From positions 224,001 through 288,000 of the forward strand of contig CAWAUV010000004.1 of the NCBI GenBank assembly GCA_963785305.1: a stretch of DNA of 64,000 bases, in the 5' to 3' direction. A model generated the notes under the pieces. That model saw nothing but the letters and a program-made list of their open reading frames with translations. It was not told the origin of the DNA and searched no databases. Shown here one piece after another: positions 41,479-53,190 of this stretch. Made by a program: the position numbers and the translations under genes. Each line of letters opens with the position of its first letter. Position 1 is the stretch's first letter. This stretch comes from an uncultured Planctomycetaceae bacterium. Lineage in GTDB: Bacteria > Planctomycetota > Planctomycetia > Pirellulales > PALSA-1355.

Positions 41479-42896
41479 ATGACCCCACTGAACAAGCCGA
41501 CGAATCTGGCCGAGCTCCGCGCGAGCGGCTGGGTGTCGAAAACCGTCAAGCACGAGATTCACGACAACTTCCTGGCCCGGCTGGCGCACGGCGATGGCGA
41601 CCTCTTTCCCGGCATCGTGGGCTATGAAGACACGGTGTTGCCTGAAATCAACATCGCCATCTTGGCCGGCCACGACATGCTGTTTCTCGGCGAGAAGGGG
41701 CAGGCCAAGAGCCGATTGATGCGATCGATCGTCGGCTTTTTGGACGACGCGATCCCCTATATCGATATTCAGGAGGCCCCGCTGCACGACGACCCCTTGC
41801 GGCCGATCACGCGAGTTTGCAAGCGATTTCTGGCCGACACGCCCGCGGAGCGCGTGCCGATTGGCTGGTGGCCGCGAGACGAGCGCTATGCGGAGCGGCT
41901 GGCGCCGGGCACCAAGTTTGCTGACATCATCGGCGAGATCGACCCGGCCCGGCTGGCCGGAGGCGTGAGCATGTCGGCCGAAGAGGCGCTCAGCTTCGGG
42001 CTCATTCCGCGGATGCATCGCGGCGTGTTCGCCATGAACGAACTGCCGGAGCTCGACGAACTGGTGCAAGTGGGGTTGTTCAATATCTTGGAAGAGCGCG
42101 ATGTGCAGATTCGCGGCTATCCGGTGAAGTTCGATATCGACGTGCTCTTGCTTTTCTCGGCGAATCCGTCGACCTACAACCGTAGCGGCAAGGTGATTCC
42201 GCAGCTTAAGGACCGGATCGGCTCGGTGATACACACGCATTACCCGCGCGAGCGCGATTTGGGTATTCAGATCATGGAGCAAGAAGCGGCAATCGCCACC
42301 GGCGGCGCGTTTCCGGTGGTTGTGCCGTTTTTCATGAAGCAGATCATCGAGGAGTTGAGCGTGGCGGCGCGGCGCTCGAAATATGTAGATCATCAGTCGG
42401 GCGTGAGCGCCAGGTTCAGCATCGCCAACTATCGCACGATGGTCGCCTCGGCCCGGCAGCGCGGGTGCTGCTCGGCGAGCGGCCGGCCGTGCCGAGGGTG
42501 AGCGATCTGGCGCATTTGGTCAGTTCATCGCTCGGCAAGCTCGAGCTCGACCTGATGGGCAGTCACCAGATGGGCGAGCGGCAAGTGCTCGAGGCCCTCG
42601 TGGCCGAGAGCATTCGCAATGTGTTCGACGAATATATCGATCGCCACGGACTGGCCGAGATCGCCGAAATTTTTTCGCAAGGCGTCAAAATCGAAGTGGG
42701 CGATCTGCTGCCGAGCGCCGCCTATGCCGACCGGTTGAGCCGAGTGCCGCCGGCTTGGGACAAAGCCTTCGAAGTCAATGCTTCGAGCGATCCGGCGATG
42801 CGGGCTTCGTGTGTCGAGTTCGTGCTGGCCGGGCTCTACGCCACCGACCGCATCTCGCGCGCCGAGCGCCACGGACGCATTACCTACGAGGTGTGA
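41479..42896 (+). CDS. AAA+ ATPase, magnesium chelatase ChlI-like/MoxR-related (frameshift near 42460)
   Basis: [11 protein letters not shown]alker A variant, [38 protein letters not shown]. Confidence 0.85.
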
Positions 42897-42937
42897 ATAG
42901 TGCATTGTCACAATTGAAATGACGGGTTGGATTGGTT

Positions 42938-43030
42938 CCGTGGCGCCATGCCCACGGCCCTGCGTGGGCATGAGGACTCCGCGTGGCGCTCGAAAACATG
43001 CCCACGCTGGGCGTGGGCATGGCGCCACGG
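42938..43030. repeat. REP-like inverted palindrome doublet between convergent genes
   Basis: CCGTGGCGCCATGCCCACG...CGTGGGCATG, spacer, CATGCCCACG...CGTGGGCATGGCGCCACGG (19-bp terminal inverted arms). Confidence 0.8.
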
Positions 43031-43131
43031 GGTCACCTATCATTTCAGCCGTGACAAAGCACTAGCATCAAAGGAACTTCCCGCGCGTCGCGGGGCAAGC
43101 CGGCGATGCCGAAAGCCGGCGCGACGGTTAC

Positions 43132-43575
43132 TCAGGGGCCTTCCATTTCGTCGATGTATTTGCGGAGCCGCTCGACTTCGTCGGTGATGTGGCGAAGCTT
43201 GAGCATGTTTTCGACCCGCTTCACGAGCTCGAGCTTATTGACCGGCTTGGACAAAAAGTCATCGGTGCCGGCCTGCACGGCCCGCTCGATATCGCCGAGC
43301 TCATTGAGGGCCGTGACCATGAGGATCATGATGTTGCGCGTGGCCCGATCGCTCTTGAGCTTCTGGCAAACCTCGAAACCGCTCAGTTTGGGCATCATCA
43401 CATCGAGCAGGATCAGGTCGGGCCGAAACTCGGCGACTTTATCGAGCGTGTCGCGGCCATCGACGGCCACGGCCATCTCGCAGTCGACGCCGCTGAGGTA
43501 GGCCTCGAGCAGTTCGACATTGGGGCCGTTGTCGTCGGCGATCAGAATACGGCTTCGTGCGTTGGTGCTTGTCAT
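43132..43575 (-). CDS. Single-domain response regulator
   Basis: ILIADDN, LILLDVMMP, VTAL, DFLSKP. Confidence 0.92.
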   Translation of the reverse strand: MTSTNARSRILIADDNGPNVELLEAYLSGVDCEMAVAVDGRDTLDKVAEFRPDLILLDVMMPKLSGFEVCQKLKSDRATRNIMILMVTALNELGDIERAVQAGTDDFLSKPVNKLELVKRVENMLKLRHITDEVERLRKYIDEMEGP

Positions 43576-43778
43576 CGCCTTCCGGGCGCCCCCTGGGCGG
43601 GAAAAAATTGGTCGGGCTCGCCTCGACTCGAAGCGGCGCCGCGCCCATATATATAAACGCTGATTATAGCGCCGCCACCCGGCGGAGAGAATGGCCCTTT
43701 TGTGCTGGTCGCCATGCCCATGCGATTATCACCGACTGCCGCGGGGGGCGCCGACAAGCGACGGGGTCCGCCGCACGC

Positions 43779-46589
43779 TTACTTCACGACAAAGTTCACC
43801 ATCCGCCCCGGCGCCACCACCACTTTTACCACCTGCTTGCCGGCCAGCAGTTCGGCGATGCGCGGCTCGCCGCGGGCGGCCGTTTCGATCGCGGCTTTAT
43901 CAGCCCCGGTCGGGCACACGACCTTGCCGCGCAGCTTGCCATTGATCTGCACCGGAATCTCGACCGTGTCGCTCTTGAGCATCTCGGGCAGACACTTCGG
44001 CCACGGCTCATGGGCCAAGGTATCGGGATGTCCCAGCAGGCGCCACAACTCCTCGGCCATGTGCGGAGCAAACGGAGCGAGCAGCAGCACGAGTTGCTCC
44101 ATCGCCTCGCGCGGACGCGTGTCGAGCTTCAGGAAGAAGTTCGTGAACTCCATCATCTTGGCGATCGCGGTGTTGAAACTCAGCCGTTCGAGATCGTGGG
44201 TCACGCCGTGAATCGTGCGGTGGAGCATGCGCAGCTCGTCGACCGTGGGCGGCGTGTCGCGCACCGCGGGATTCAGCTCCAGCGTCTCGCTCCGCTCGCT
44301 CGTGATCATGCGCCACACGCGGTCCAGGAACCCACGCACTCCGCTCACGCCCTCCATGCTCCAGGGCTTCGTGGCCTCGAGCGGTCCCATGAACATCTCG
44401 TAGAGCCGGAGCGCGTCGGCGCCGTATTCCCGCACCACCACATCGGGATTCACGACATTGCCGCGGGACTTCGACATTTTATGGGCCCGACTTTCGAGCC
44501 GGATCGAGGGCTCGGCGGCGAGCACGAAACCTTCGCCCCGCTTCTCGACCGCGCTGGCCGGCGCCCGCACCGGCTTGCCGCCCAGGCTCTCGGCCTCATT
44601 GGGCTGAATCCAGCGGCCATCGGGCGATTGGTAGCCGGTGATCTCGATCTCGCCCAGGATCATGCCTTGATTGACGAGCTTTTGAAACGGCTCGATGGTG
44701 CTGACGTGCCCGCGATCGTAGAGCACTTTGTGCCAAAATCGCGAATAGAGCAGATGCAGCACGGCGTGTTCCGCTCCGCCGATATACAGATCGACCGGCA
44801 TCCAGGCCTTTTCAATTTCGGGGTCGACGAACTGGGCGTTGTTCCTCGGGTCGAGAAACCGCAGGTAATACCAGCAGGAGCCGGCCCACTGCGGCATGCT
44901 ATTGGTCTCGCGCTTGTAACGTTTGCCATCGAGGGTCACATAGAGCCAGTCACGGGGCGCTTGTTCGAGCGGCGGCTCGGGACTGCCGTGGTCCTTGTAT
45001 TCCGTCAGTTCCGGCAGGTTGACCGGCAGCGCGGTCTCGGCCACCGGGCGCACGCGGCCGGTGAGATTGCCGGCGGAATCGAGCTCGTGGAGAATCGGAA
45101 ACGGCTCGCCCCAAAAATGTTGTCGGCTAAAGAGCCAGTCGCGCAGTTTGTAGTTGACCGCCGCCCGAGCCACGCCGCGCTCGGCAAGTTCGGCCACGAT
45201 GCGCCGCTTGACCTCGGCCGTGGGAAGGCCGTCAAACGGGCCTGAGTTGATTGCGGCGCCCTCGCCCGGAAAAACAGCTAAACCAGCCAACACGCGCTCG
45301 CGGCTGGCATCGTCGGCGCCGGGATCGACCACGGCGCGAATTGGAATGCCAAACTGTTGGGCGAATTCAAAGTCGCGAGTGTCGTGGGCCGGCACTGCCA
45401 TGATCGCGCCGGTTCCATAGCTGGCGAGCACATAGTCGGCGATCCAGATCGGCGTGGGCTCGCCATTGGCGGGATTGATGGCATGCGCCCCGATGAAGAC
45501 GCCGGTCTTTTGCTTGGCCAAGTCGGTGCGGTCGAGATCGCTTTTGCGGGTCGCCTCTTCGCAGTAACGCGCGACGGCTTGGGCCTGCTCAGGAGTGGTG
45601 AGGCTCGCCACCAGCGGATGTTCGGGCGCGAGCACCATGTATGTGGCGCCGAAGAGCGTGTCGGGCCGGGTAGTGTAAACGCGGATCACATCGTCGCCGG
45701 GTCGATGGGGAAAACCGCTCTGGGCGCGGCCTTGGGTCCAAGCGTCGGGCGGCTTGGCGCCACTCGCTGGAGTGAGGATCTGAAAATCAACCTCGGCGCC
45801 TTCGCTGCGGCCGATCCAGTTGCGCTGCGACGCCTTGATGCTTTCCGACCAGTCGAGCCCCTCGAGGTCTTTCTCCAGCCGATCAGCATACGCGGTGATT
45901 CGCAGCATCCACTGCCGCAGCGGAATGCGAGCCACTGGATGCCCGCCGCGCTCGCTCACTCCGCCGATGACTTCTTCATTGGCGAGCACCGTGCCCAAGG
46001 CCGGGCACCAATTCACGGGGGCCGACGATTGATAGGCCAGCCGGTGGTCGTCGCGATAGCGCTCGATCGCAACGTCGCCCTGGGCCGCGATCTCGGCCGG
46101 AATCGGCAGCTCGGCGATCGGGCGGCCCTGTTGGCGGTTGGCGTCGAACCAGGTGTCGAACAATTGGAGAAATATCCACTGGGTCCAGCGAAAATACTCG
46201 GGATCGGTCGTGGCGATTTCGCGATCCCAGTCGTAGCTGAAGCCGAGCATTTTCAGTTGGCGGCGAAACGCGCCGATGTTTTTTTCGGTCGTCAGTCGCG
46301 GCGGCGTGCCGGTTTTTTTGGCATATTGCTCGGCGGGCAGGCCGAAGGCGTCCCAGCCCATGGGGTGCATGACCGTATCGCCTTGCATGCGCCGCCAGCG
46401 CGAAATGATATCGGTGGCCGTGTAGCCTTCGGGATGCCCGACATGCAGCCCCTCGCCGCTCGGATAGGGGAACATGTCGAGCGCGTAGAGCTTCTTGCCC
46501 TGGGGCATGGCGGGGGCGGCGAACGTGCCCCGAGTTTCCCAGTATTCTTGCCAGCGGGGCTCGATCTCGGCCGGGTTGTAGCGAGGCAT
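43779..46589 (-). CDS. leuS: Leucine--tRNA ligase
   Basis: [20 protein letters not shown] and [12 protein letters not shown] editing domain, [13 protein letters not shown]. Confidence 0.98.
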   Translation of the reverse strand: MPRYNPAEIEPRWQEYWETRGTFAAPAMPQGKKLYALDMFPYPSGEGLHVGHPEGYTATDIISRWRRMQGDTVMHPMGWDAFGLPAEQYAKKTGTPPRLTTEKNIGAFRRQLKMLGFSYDWDREIATTDPEYFRWTQWIFLQLFDTWFDANRQQGRPIAELPIPAEIAAQGDVAIERYRDDHRLAYQSSAPVNWCPALGTVLANEEVIGGVSERGGHPVARIPLRQWMLRITAYADRLEKDLEGLDWSESIKASQRNWIGRSEGAEVDFQILTPASGAKPPDAWTQGRAQSGFPHRPGDDVIRVYTTRPDTLFGATYMVLAPEHPLVASLTTPEQAQAVARYCEEATRKSDLDRTDLAKQKTGVFIGAHAINPANGEPTPIWIADYVLASYGTGAIMAVPAHDTRDFEFAQQFGIPIRAVVDPGADDASRERVLAGLAVFPGEGAAINSGPFDGLPTAEVKRRIVAELAERGVARAAVNYKLRDWLFSRQHFWGEPFPILHELDSAGNLTGRVRPVAETALPVNLPELTEYKDHGSPEPPLEQAPRDWLYVTLDGKRYKRETNSMPQWAGSCWYYLRFLDPRNNAQFVDPEIEKAWMPVDLYIGGAEHAVLHLLYSRFWHKVLYDRGHVSTIEPFQKLVNQGMILGEIEITGYQSPDGRWIQPNEAESLGGKPVRAPASAVEKRGEGFVLAAEPSIRLESRAHKMSKSRGNVVNPDVVVREYGADALRLYEMFMGPLEATKPWSMEGVSGVRGFLDRVWRMITSERSETLELNPAVRDTPPTVDELRMLHRTIHGVTHDLERLSFNTAIAKMMEFTNFFLKLDTRPREAMEQLVLLLAPFAPHMAEELWRLLGHPDTLAHEPWPKCLPEMLKSDTVEIPVQINGKLRGKVVCPTGADKAAIETAARGEPRIAELLAGKQVVKVVVAPGRMVNFVVK

Positions 46590-46697
46590 CGTTGAATTCG
46601 ATCCGATGAAAACGAAAGGAATGAAGTCCGGCGATTCTAATGCCTTGCCGGGCATGCGGCAAACGCCGCTGCGGGGCGCCAAGCGGGCCAGTCGCGT

Positions 46698-46727
46698 TTG
46701 ACACCCGGCCGGCGTCCGGCCGATAAT
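46698..46727 (+). promoter_or_regulatory. Putative sigma70 promoter of mntH
   Basis: TTGACA-N18-GATAAT about 50 bp upstream of ATG 46779. Confidence 0.45.
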
Positions 46728-46778
46728 TCTCCTGCCCGCCGCCGGCCTTCCTCAACCGCCTCGCATGCTCGGATCGCC

Positions 46779-48139
46779 ATGAAAGCCGACTCGCCCGCCG
46801 CCGAACCCGATCTGCCCGTGGGCGAGGCCGGTTGGCGTCGACCCCGGGGGCGCCGAGCTTGGGCTCCGCCGAGGCCAGCGTGCCGGTGAGCCAGCGCGGA
46901 TTTTGGCGCAAGCTGCTCGCGTTTTCCGGACCGGGCCTCTTGGTGTCGGTCGGCTACATGGACCCGGGCAATTGGGCCACCGATCTCGAGGGCGGCTCGC
47001 GCTTCGGCTTCACGCTCTTGTCGGTGGTGCTGATCTCGAATTTGCTGGCCATGCTCCTGCAGCACTTGGCGCTCAAGCTGGGCATTGTGTCGGGTCGCGA
47101 TCTGGCCCAGGCCTGCCGCGACAACTACTCTCGCCCCACGGTGTTTATTCTCTGGGTGCTGTGCGAGGTGGCGATCGCCGCTTGCGACTTGGCCGAGGTG
47201 ATCGGCTCGGCGATCGCGCTACAACTTCTCTTTGACCTGCCGCTCGTGGCGGGTGTGTTGCTCACGGCGCTCGATGTGCTGCTGGTGCTGTTTTTGCAAA
47301 ACAAGAATTTCCGCTCGATCGAGTTTCTGGTGGTGGGACTCATCGCGGTGATTGGAGCATGCTTTGCTTATGAACTGCTCGTGCTGCGGCCCGATCTCGG
47401 GGCCGTGCTGCGGGGTTTCGTGCCCACTCCGGAAATCGTTCACAATCCCCGCATGCTCTATATCGCCGTCGGCATTCTCGGCGCCACCGTGATGCCGCAC
47501 AACTTGTATTTGCATAGCAGCATCGTGCAGACCCGGGCCTACGAGCGTTCCCAGCCGGGCCGGCGAATGGCGATTCGCTTCGCGACGCTCGATTCGTGCG
47601 TCGCGCTGTTCTTCGCGTTTTTCATCAATGCGGCGATTCTCATGCTCAGCGCCGCGGCCTTTCACCAGCCCGGGCACGAAGTGGTCGATGACCTGGGAAA
47701 CGCCTATATGCTGCTTTCAAAGGCGATGCCGCAATCGTTGGCGGCCTCGTTTTTCGCGATCGCGCTGCTGGCCGCGGGACAGAATTCAACCCTTACCGGC
47801 ACCATGGCCGGGCAGATCGTGATGGAAGGCTTTCTCGAGCTGCGGTTGCGGCCCTGGGTGCGGCGACTTATCACGCGGCTCGTGGCGATCGTGCCAGCGG
47901 TGTTGGTGGCCATTTGGTATGGAGAGACGGGCATCAATCGCCTGCTGATACTCAGCCAAGTGATTCTCTCGCTGCAACTGAGCTTCGCGGTCGTGCCGCT
48001 GGTGATGTTCACGAGCGACCGGCGAAAGATGGGGCCATTTGTCAATCCGTGGTGGCTCGCGGCGCTGGCCTGGCTGGCGACGGCGATTATTTTGGGATTG
48101 AACAGTCTGATGCTGTTTGGCGGGCTCAACCCGGATTAG
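46779..48139 (+). CDS. mntH: Nramp divalent metal (Mn2+) transporter (frameshift near 46845)
   Basis: GYMDPGNW, DLAEVIG, GATVMPHNLYLHS, TGTMAGQIVMEGF. Confidence 0.95.
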
Positions 48140-48220
48140 ACGAACCGCCTCGCTCTTGGCCGCGCTGAGTGAAACACGGACCCCTTGCGATTATTTTTTC
48201 GTCCGCGAGACGCCCTGACC

Positions 48221-48652
48221 ATGTACCGCCATATTTGCGTTCCCCTGGAAAACTCGCCGGCCGACGAAGCCATTTTGCAGCACATTCGCGGGCTCGCGCG
48301 GCTGACCGGCGCCCGGCTCACGCTGATGCACGTGGCCGATGGTTTCATGGCCCGCAATCAGACACGTCTGGGGTTCGACGAATCCGATGAAATGCGGGCC
48401 GATCGGGCATATCTCGAACGCCGCCGCCGCGAGTTGGCCGAAGAAGGATTCGAGGTCGAGGTGGTGCTGGCCTGCGGCGAGCCGGCGGCCAAGATTCCCG
48501 AAGTGGTCGAGGAGTTGGGCTGCGACTTGATCGCGATGTCGACCCACGGCCATCGCTTTCTCAGCGACCTGATCCTCGGCAGCGTCGCCTCGGCGGTGCG
48601 CCACCGCACCATGACCCCGGTGCTGCTGGTGCGAGCGCCGAGCAAAGGGTGA
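48221..48652 (+). CDS. Universal stress protein
   Basis: MYRHICVPL, DLIAMSTHGH...LGSVA...PVLLV. Confidence 0.9.
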   Translation: MYRHICVPLENSPADEAILQHIRGLARLTGARLTLMHVADGFMARNQTRLGFDESDEMRADRAYLERRRRELAEEGFEVEVVLACGEPAAKIPEVVEELGCDLIAMSTHGHRFLSDLILGSVASAVRHRTMTPVLLVRAPSKG

Positions 48653-48698
48653 CATGAACAGGCCCCAGGCGGAACACGTCTCGCGGCGAGTCCGGCCG

Positions 48699-49658
48699 TC
48701 ATGCCTTTTTTATCAGCCCGCGCAGCGTTCTCAGGTTCACGAGGTCCATCTCTTCGCCCGCCTCGCGTTCCTTGCGAGTTTCGAGGTACATCGGCGTGTT
48801 GCGGAAGCGGCGGTCGTTGAGCAACAGGCTGAAGGCTTCGAGCCCGATCTTGCCGCGGCCAATGTGGTCGTGGCGATCGATGCGCGAGCCGAGGGCGCCC
48901 TTGCTGTCGTTGAGGTGAAAGGCCCGCACTCGCTCGAGGCCCACCAGTTTGTCGAGTTCGCGGAGCGTGGCCAAGTAGTCGGCCTTCGGGCTTAGTGGAT
49001 AGCCGGCGGCGAACACGTGGCATGTGTCGAAGCATACCGCCAGGCGCTCGGGCCGGCGAACTCGGCGAATAATCTCGGCCAAGTGCTCGAACTTCCAACC
49101 CAAGCATGAGCCTTGCCCGGCCGTGAGCTCGAGCAGCGTGCCCACGGCCAAGTCCTCCGTGGCGGCGTCGACGATATCGAGCGCCGCCGCCACTCGCTCC
49201 AGGCCCTCGGCTTCGGTCGAAGAGGTGTGGGCGCCCGGATGCGTGACCACCCAGGCCAGCCCGAGCTTTTCGGCCCGGCGCAGTTCATGGATGAAGGCGG
49301 CGATCGAGCGGGCCCACAGGGCGTCGTCGGAAGCGGCGAGGTTGATCAGATACGAATCGTGGGCGATCGGATGCGCGAGCTCGCTGGCGGCGAGCGCTTG
49401 GCGGAAGCGCTCGGCGTCGGCGTCGGCCACCGGCTTGGCTCGCCAGAGGGCGTCGTCGTGCGGGGCGGCGGCCGTTGTGGCCGTGGCGATTCGCGGCGCG
49501 GCGAAACGCCTCTTCGCCGCGGGCTTCACGCCGGTGACCGACCAAATCCGCGGGCTGCCGGTGAATATCTGCACACAGTCCATGCCCGCGGCCGTCGCGG
49601 CCTCGACCGCTTTGTGAAAGCCGCCGGCGATGCTCATGTGGGCGCCAAGCAGGGGCAT
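48699..49658 (-). CDS. nfo: Endonuclease IV
   Basis: GAHMSIAGG, HDSYLINLA, HPGAH, ELTAGQGS, CFDTCH, HLNDSK, DRH, LET. Confidence 0.95.
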   Translation of the reverse strand: MPLLGAHMSIAGGFHKAVEAATAAGMDCVQIFTGSPRIWSVTGVKPAAKRRFAAPRIATATTAAAPHDDALWRAKPVADADAERFRQALAASELAHPIAHDSYLINLAASDDALWARSIAAFIHELRRAEKLGLAWVVTHPGAHTSSTEAEGLERVAAALDIVDAATEDLAVGTLLELTAGQGSCLGWKFEHLAEIIRRVRRPERLAVCFDTCHVFAAGYPLSPKADYLATLRELDKLVGLERVRAFHLNDSKGALGSRIDRHDHIGRGKIGLEAFSLLLNDRRFRNTPMYLETRKEREAGEEMDLVNLRTLRGLIKKA

Positions 49659-49739
49659 CGTCGCGCGGGCTCCTCTCGCTCATGTCGTGGCTAGGCCGCG
49701 GCATCGCGCGGCGGACAACGGCAACCTTCGTCGCGGGTA

Positions 49740-51218
49740 TTATTCGACGGTCTCGGCATGGGCCGGTTCGGGCAGCCAAATGCAGAGGATCGTGGCCAAG
49801 AGATACACGCTCAGCCCGACAGTCGCCGCGGCGTAGGCAATGCTGGCCGATCGCGAGACGCCTTCCATGCCGGCAAAGAGCGGCGCGAGCACGATCAGCG
49901 CGAGCGGGTTGGCCCCGGTGCCGAGCATGCGCCCGCCCACATTGGCGGCAAAGCCTTCGCCGGTGCCGCGCAAATGGGTCGGATAAACGCGCGGCAGATA
50001 ATTGCCCCAGAAACTAAACTGAGCCACGGTGAAGAATCCCACGAGGGCGATGCCCCACTTGAGCAGTTCGAGGCTTCGCTCGGGCCCAAACTTGCCGGCG
50101 GCCGGTCCCCAAAACACGAGCGGCACGATGACAAGTCCCGGCAGAAGAAACATCCACAGCAATTTCCGACGACTGACGATCCGCACCGCCAGCCAAGCCA
50201 AGACAAAGCGGCCGACGAGCCCGCCCATCTCCTGAAAAAGCTGCACATTGCCCACGGTCTGCTGTTGGGCCTTGTTCAACGGGCCGATTTCCTTCTTGAG
50301 CTCCTTGTATTTCGGATCGTCGGGCTTCGTGGCGCCGATTTCCTTTCGCAGTTTCACGATCTTGCCGAGCTCGGGCACCAGGCCGGGCACGATTTGCGGC
50401 GTGAGCTGGATCGCGCCGAACGCCGCGCCATAGCAGCAGGCAAATAGCGCCGTGGTGGTGAGCGTGGCACGGAGGAACCGCGGATGGAAGATCTCGGCCA
50501 CGCTCGGCCGTCGCAACGTTCCCAAGGCCCGCTTCTCCCGCCACATGGGCGACTCGGGCAAAAACGGCCGAATCAGAATCAGCGGAATCGCGGGAATGAG
50601 GCCCGAAATCAGCGTATAGCGCCAGGCGGCATGCTCGCCGTGGATGGCTGGGAGCACGGCGGCGTAGCTGATACAGAGTTTATAAGCGCCGGTCACCAGC
50701 AGGCCACCGATCGAGGAAAACGCCTGGGTGTATCCGAGCACCGCTTCGCGCTGCTTTCCGTTGGGAAACAGTTCGGAGAGCCACGCCACGGCCGCGACGA
50801 ACTCGACGCACACCCCGATAAACGTCGTCGAGCGAAAGACGAGCAGCATCGGCGCCGACGTGGCAAAGCCGGCCCCCACGGCCGAGAAGGCGTAGAGCAA
50901 AATGCTCCAGGTGAGCACGCGGCGCCGGCCCAACAAGTCGGTCAAATAACCGCCCAAGAGGCCGAAGATACCGCCCGAGACGGCGCTGCTCCACATGATA
51001 TAGCCGGTCCATTTGAGAATCGCGGCGTTGCCGGAGTCGGTGTCGGGATCGACGCCCAGGAGTTCCGAGAGCCCGGGCCGAGCCACGAGCGGCATCACGA
51101 GAAGTTCATAAATATCGAAGGCGAAGCCCATCGAGGCGATGAGCAAGATCAGCCAATGGATGCCGGTGAGCGTGGTTTTTTCCGAGGGATCGTGGGCCGA
51201 AGGCGCACCGGCGGTCAT
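49740..51218 (-). CDS. Major facilitator superfamily transporter
   Basis: GGYLTDLLGRRRVL motif A, PESP, YPTHLRGTG; multiple TM helices. Confidence 0.9.
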   Translation of the reverse strand: MTAGAPSAHDPSEKTTLTGIHWLILLIASMGFAFDIYELLVMPLVARPGLSELLGVDPDTDSGNAAILKWTGYIMWSSAVSGGIFGLLGGYLTDLLGRRRVLTWSILLYAFSAVGAGFATSAPMLLVFRSTTFIGVCVEFVAAVAWLSELFPNGKQREAVLGYTQAFSSIGGLLVTGAYKLCISYAAVLPAIHGEHAAWRYTLISGLIPAIPLILIRPFLPESPMWREKRALGTLRRPSVAEIFHPRFLRATLTTTALFACCYGAAFGAIQLTPQIVPGLVPELGKIVKLRKEIGATKPDDPKYKELKKEIGPLNKAQQQTVGNVQLFQEMGGLVGRFVLAWLAVRIVSRRKLLWMFLLPGLVIVPLVFWGPAAGKFGPERSLELLKWGIALVGFFTVAQFSFWGNYLPRVYPTHLRGTGEGFAANVGGRMLGTGANPLALIVLAPLFAGMEGVSRSASIAYAAATVGLSVYLLATILCIWLPEPAHAETVE

Positions 51219-51619
51219 GGTGTGTCTCCAAGAAAGATGGGCCTCGCGGGCTTCGAGGCGGAAGCTGGCAGTGGTCGATCTTATTGGCCGCGCCGGCGTC
51301 AAGCAAGCGCAACCGCGATGATTCGATTCAGATACGGAAAACCGCCGAGCGGGCCGAACGCCTCCTCCGATCGTGAACCAAGCCTTGCGATTTTGTCTTC
51401 CCGCGAAACCCGGAATTCCTCTTGCCCAAACAGACAAAGGTTGAATAATTCTCCGCGCGACGAAAAAAATGTTCGATCGCGCGGAACCTGCTTGTCGATA
51501 TTTCGGATCAATGGTATAAGCACGCGGGTTTTGCATGTCGCGCGATCCGGTCGCGGAGCGCTTTGGAGAGCGACGCCCGGGGAATGCGGCATGCGAGACG
51601 GTCGATCGTCTGATCGACG

Positions 51620-51683
51620 AGTCGGTTGAAAGACGAGTCGGTTGAAAGACAAGTCGGTTGAAAGACAAGTCGGTTGAAAGACA
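51620..51683. repeat. Tandem repeat, 16-bp unit AGTCGGTTGAAAGAC(G/A) x4
   Basis: Units start at 51620, 51636, 51652, 51668, in the divergent MFS/kamA intergenic region. Confidence 0.9.
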
Positions 51684-51768
51684 AGGATAGATTGGGGCGA
51701 TCGTGGGTCGAGGCCAACGAAGGTCCGACCTTTTGTCTCAGCTCTAACAGAGGAGGGATTCGCACAAC

Positions 51769-53190
51769 ATGACCCACATCGAAGCCGCTTCGCTCGCGGC
51801 GTCGGCAGTTGCCCTGCCGGACGAATCGGAAGAGCCTCCCGGTATTTCGCGCCGGCATCCCAAATGGCATGATGTGCCTGAAAGCCAGTGGGATGACTGG
51901 CGTTGGCAAATGCAAAACGCCGTCCGCACCACCTCGCAATTGGCCGAGTTCTTTCCCTTGGCCGACCAGGAACTGCAAATCCTGGAGAATCTCGAAGCGA
52001 AGTACAAACTGGCGATTCCGCCTTACTACTTCTCGCTCATCAACCCACTCGACCCCCACGACCCGATCGGGCTGCAATCGCTGCCCAGCCCCGCCGAGCT
52101 TTCGGGCGGCTCCGTCGAATTGGAAGACCCCCTGGAAGAAGACAAAGACGCTCCGGTGCCCGGTCTCACGCACCGCTATCCCGATCGAGCCTTGGTCGTG
52201 ACGACCCATGTCTGCTCGATGTATTGCCGCTTTTGCACGCGAAAACGCGTGACCCTGGATCGCGAAGGTTGGGACGCCCCCAGCCGCAACGACGAGCGGA
52301 TGATCGAATACATTCGCGATCATCGCGAGATTCGCGATGTGATCCTCTCGGGCGGCGATCCGCTGTCGCTGCCGGTCGGCCGTCTCAAGTGGTTTGTCAC
52401 CAGCTTGGCGGCGATCGAGCATGTCGATGTCGTGCGAATCGGCACTCGGGTGCCGGTCACGCTTCCCCAGCGGCTGTTCGACACATCGCTGGTCGACATG
52501 TTGGCCGAGGCCCAAAAAGTCTGGATTCAAACCCATTTCAACCATCCCCGCGAAATCACGCCCGAAACCGCCCGGGCCTGCCGCAACCTGGTCAACGCCG
52601 GCATGCCGGTGAGCAACCACGCGGTGCTGCTCAAGGGCGTGAACGATTCGGTGGCCACGATGCGGGCCCTGGTGCGCGGCCTCTTGCGGATCAAAGTGCG
52701 GCCTTACTATCTCTTTCACTGCGACCCGGTCACCGGCGCGGGGCACTTTCGCACTTCGGTGTGGAAGGGCATCGAGATCATCGAGGGCCTGCGAGGCCAT
52801 GTGTCGGGCCTCGCGGTGCCGACCTATGTGGTCGATGGGTTGCATGGCGCCGGCAAGATACCGTTGATGCCGAACTACCTCGTCTCGGCCTCGGAAAACG
52901 CGGTCGTGCTGCGGAACTACGAAGGGCTCATCTTCCGCTATGCGCCGGAAGACAAAGCTCCCGCGGCCGAGAGCCGGTATCCGTCGCTGGGCGTAAGCAG
53001 CCTGCTGGGCGGTGGGGCCGAATCGCTCACTCCGGCCGGTAATCCGCGAATGGCTCGGCGAGAAGACCGCCTTGCTAGCGAAGTGGCCGAGGAACAGCGA
53101 AACGTGATTCAACTCGAGCCCTACCAGCAGCAGTCCGAGGCGGCCGATCCGCCGCGGACCAATTGGAACCGCCTGCCGCGGGCCAAGTAG
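51769..53190 (+). CDS. kamA: KamA-family radical SAM aminomutase (lysine 2,3-aminomutase-like)
   Basis: WDDWRWQ, GLTHRYPDR, CSMYCRFCTR, LSGGDPL, THFNHPRE, LLKGVND, GAGKIPL (PLP Lys). Confidence 0.9.
   Translation: MTHIEAASLAASAVALPDESEEPPGISRRHPKWHDVPESQWDDWRWQMQNAVRTTSQLAEFFPLADQELQILENLEAKYKLAIPPYYFSLINPLDPHDPIGLQSLPSPAELSGGSVELEDPLEEDKDAPVPGLTHRYPDRALVVTTHVCSMYCRFCTRKRVTLDREGWDAPSRNDERMIEYIRDHREIRDVILSGGDPLSLPVGRLKWFVTSLAAIEHVDVVRIGTRVPVTLPQRLFDTSLVDMLAEAQKVWIQTHFNHPREITPETARACRNLVNAGMPVSNHAVLLKGVNDSVATMRALVRGLLRIKVRPYYLFHCDPVTGAGHFRTSVWKGIEIIEGLRGHVSGLAVPTYVVDGLHGAGKIPLMPNYLVSASENAVVLRNYEGLIFRYAPEDKAPAAESRYPSLGVSSLLGGGAESLTPAGNPRMARREDRLASEVAEEQRNVIQLEPYQQQSEAADPPRTNWNRLPRAK

Noticed and set aside
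43557..46595. Long antisense ORFs (for example 43557-45245, 45357-46595, 51508-53310, 11234-12640)
   Set aside because: Shadow ORFs opposite well-supported genes, expected in high-GC DNA.
46590..46778. Mn-sensing yybP-ykoY riboswitch upstream of mntH
   Set aside because: No recognisable conserved motif, and the putative promoter leaves only a short leader.
51620..51683. Mini-CRISPR
   Set aside because: Units are contiguous with no spacers; it is a simple tandem repeat.
51769..53190. EF-P modification enzyme EpmB
   Set aside because: No efp or epmA adjacent; the protein is long with a WDDWRWQ N-terminus and has ATP-grasp neighbours, typical of the KamA-type context.
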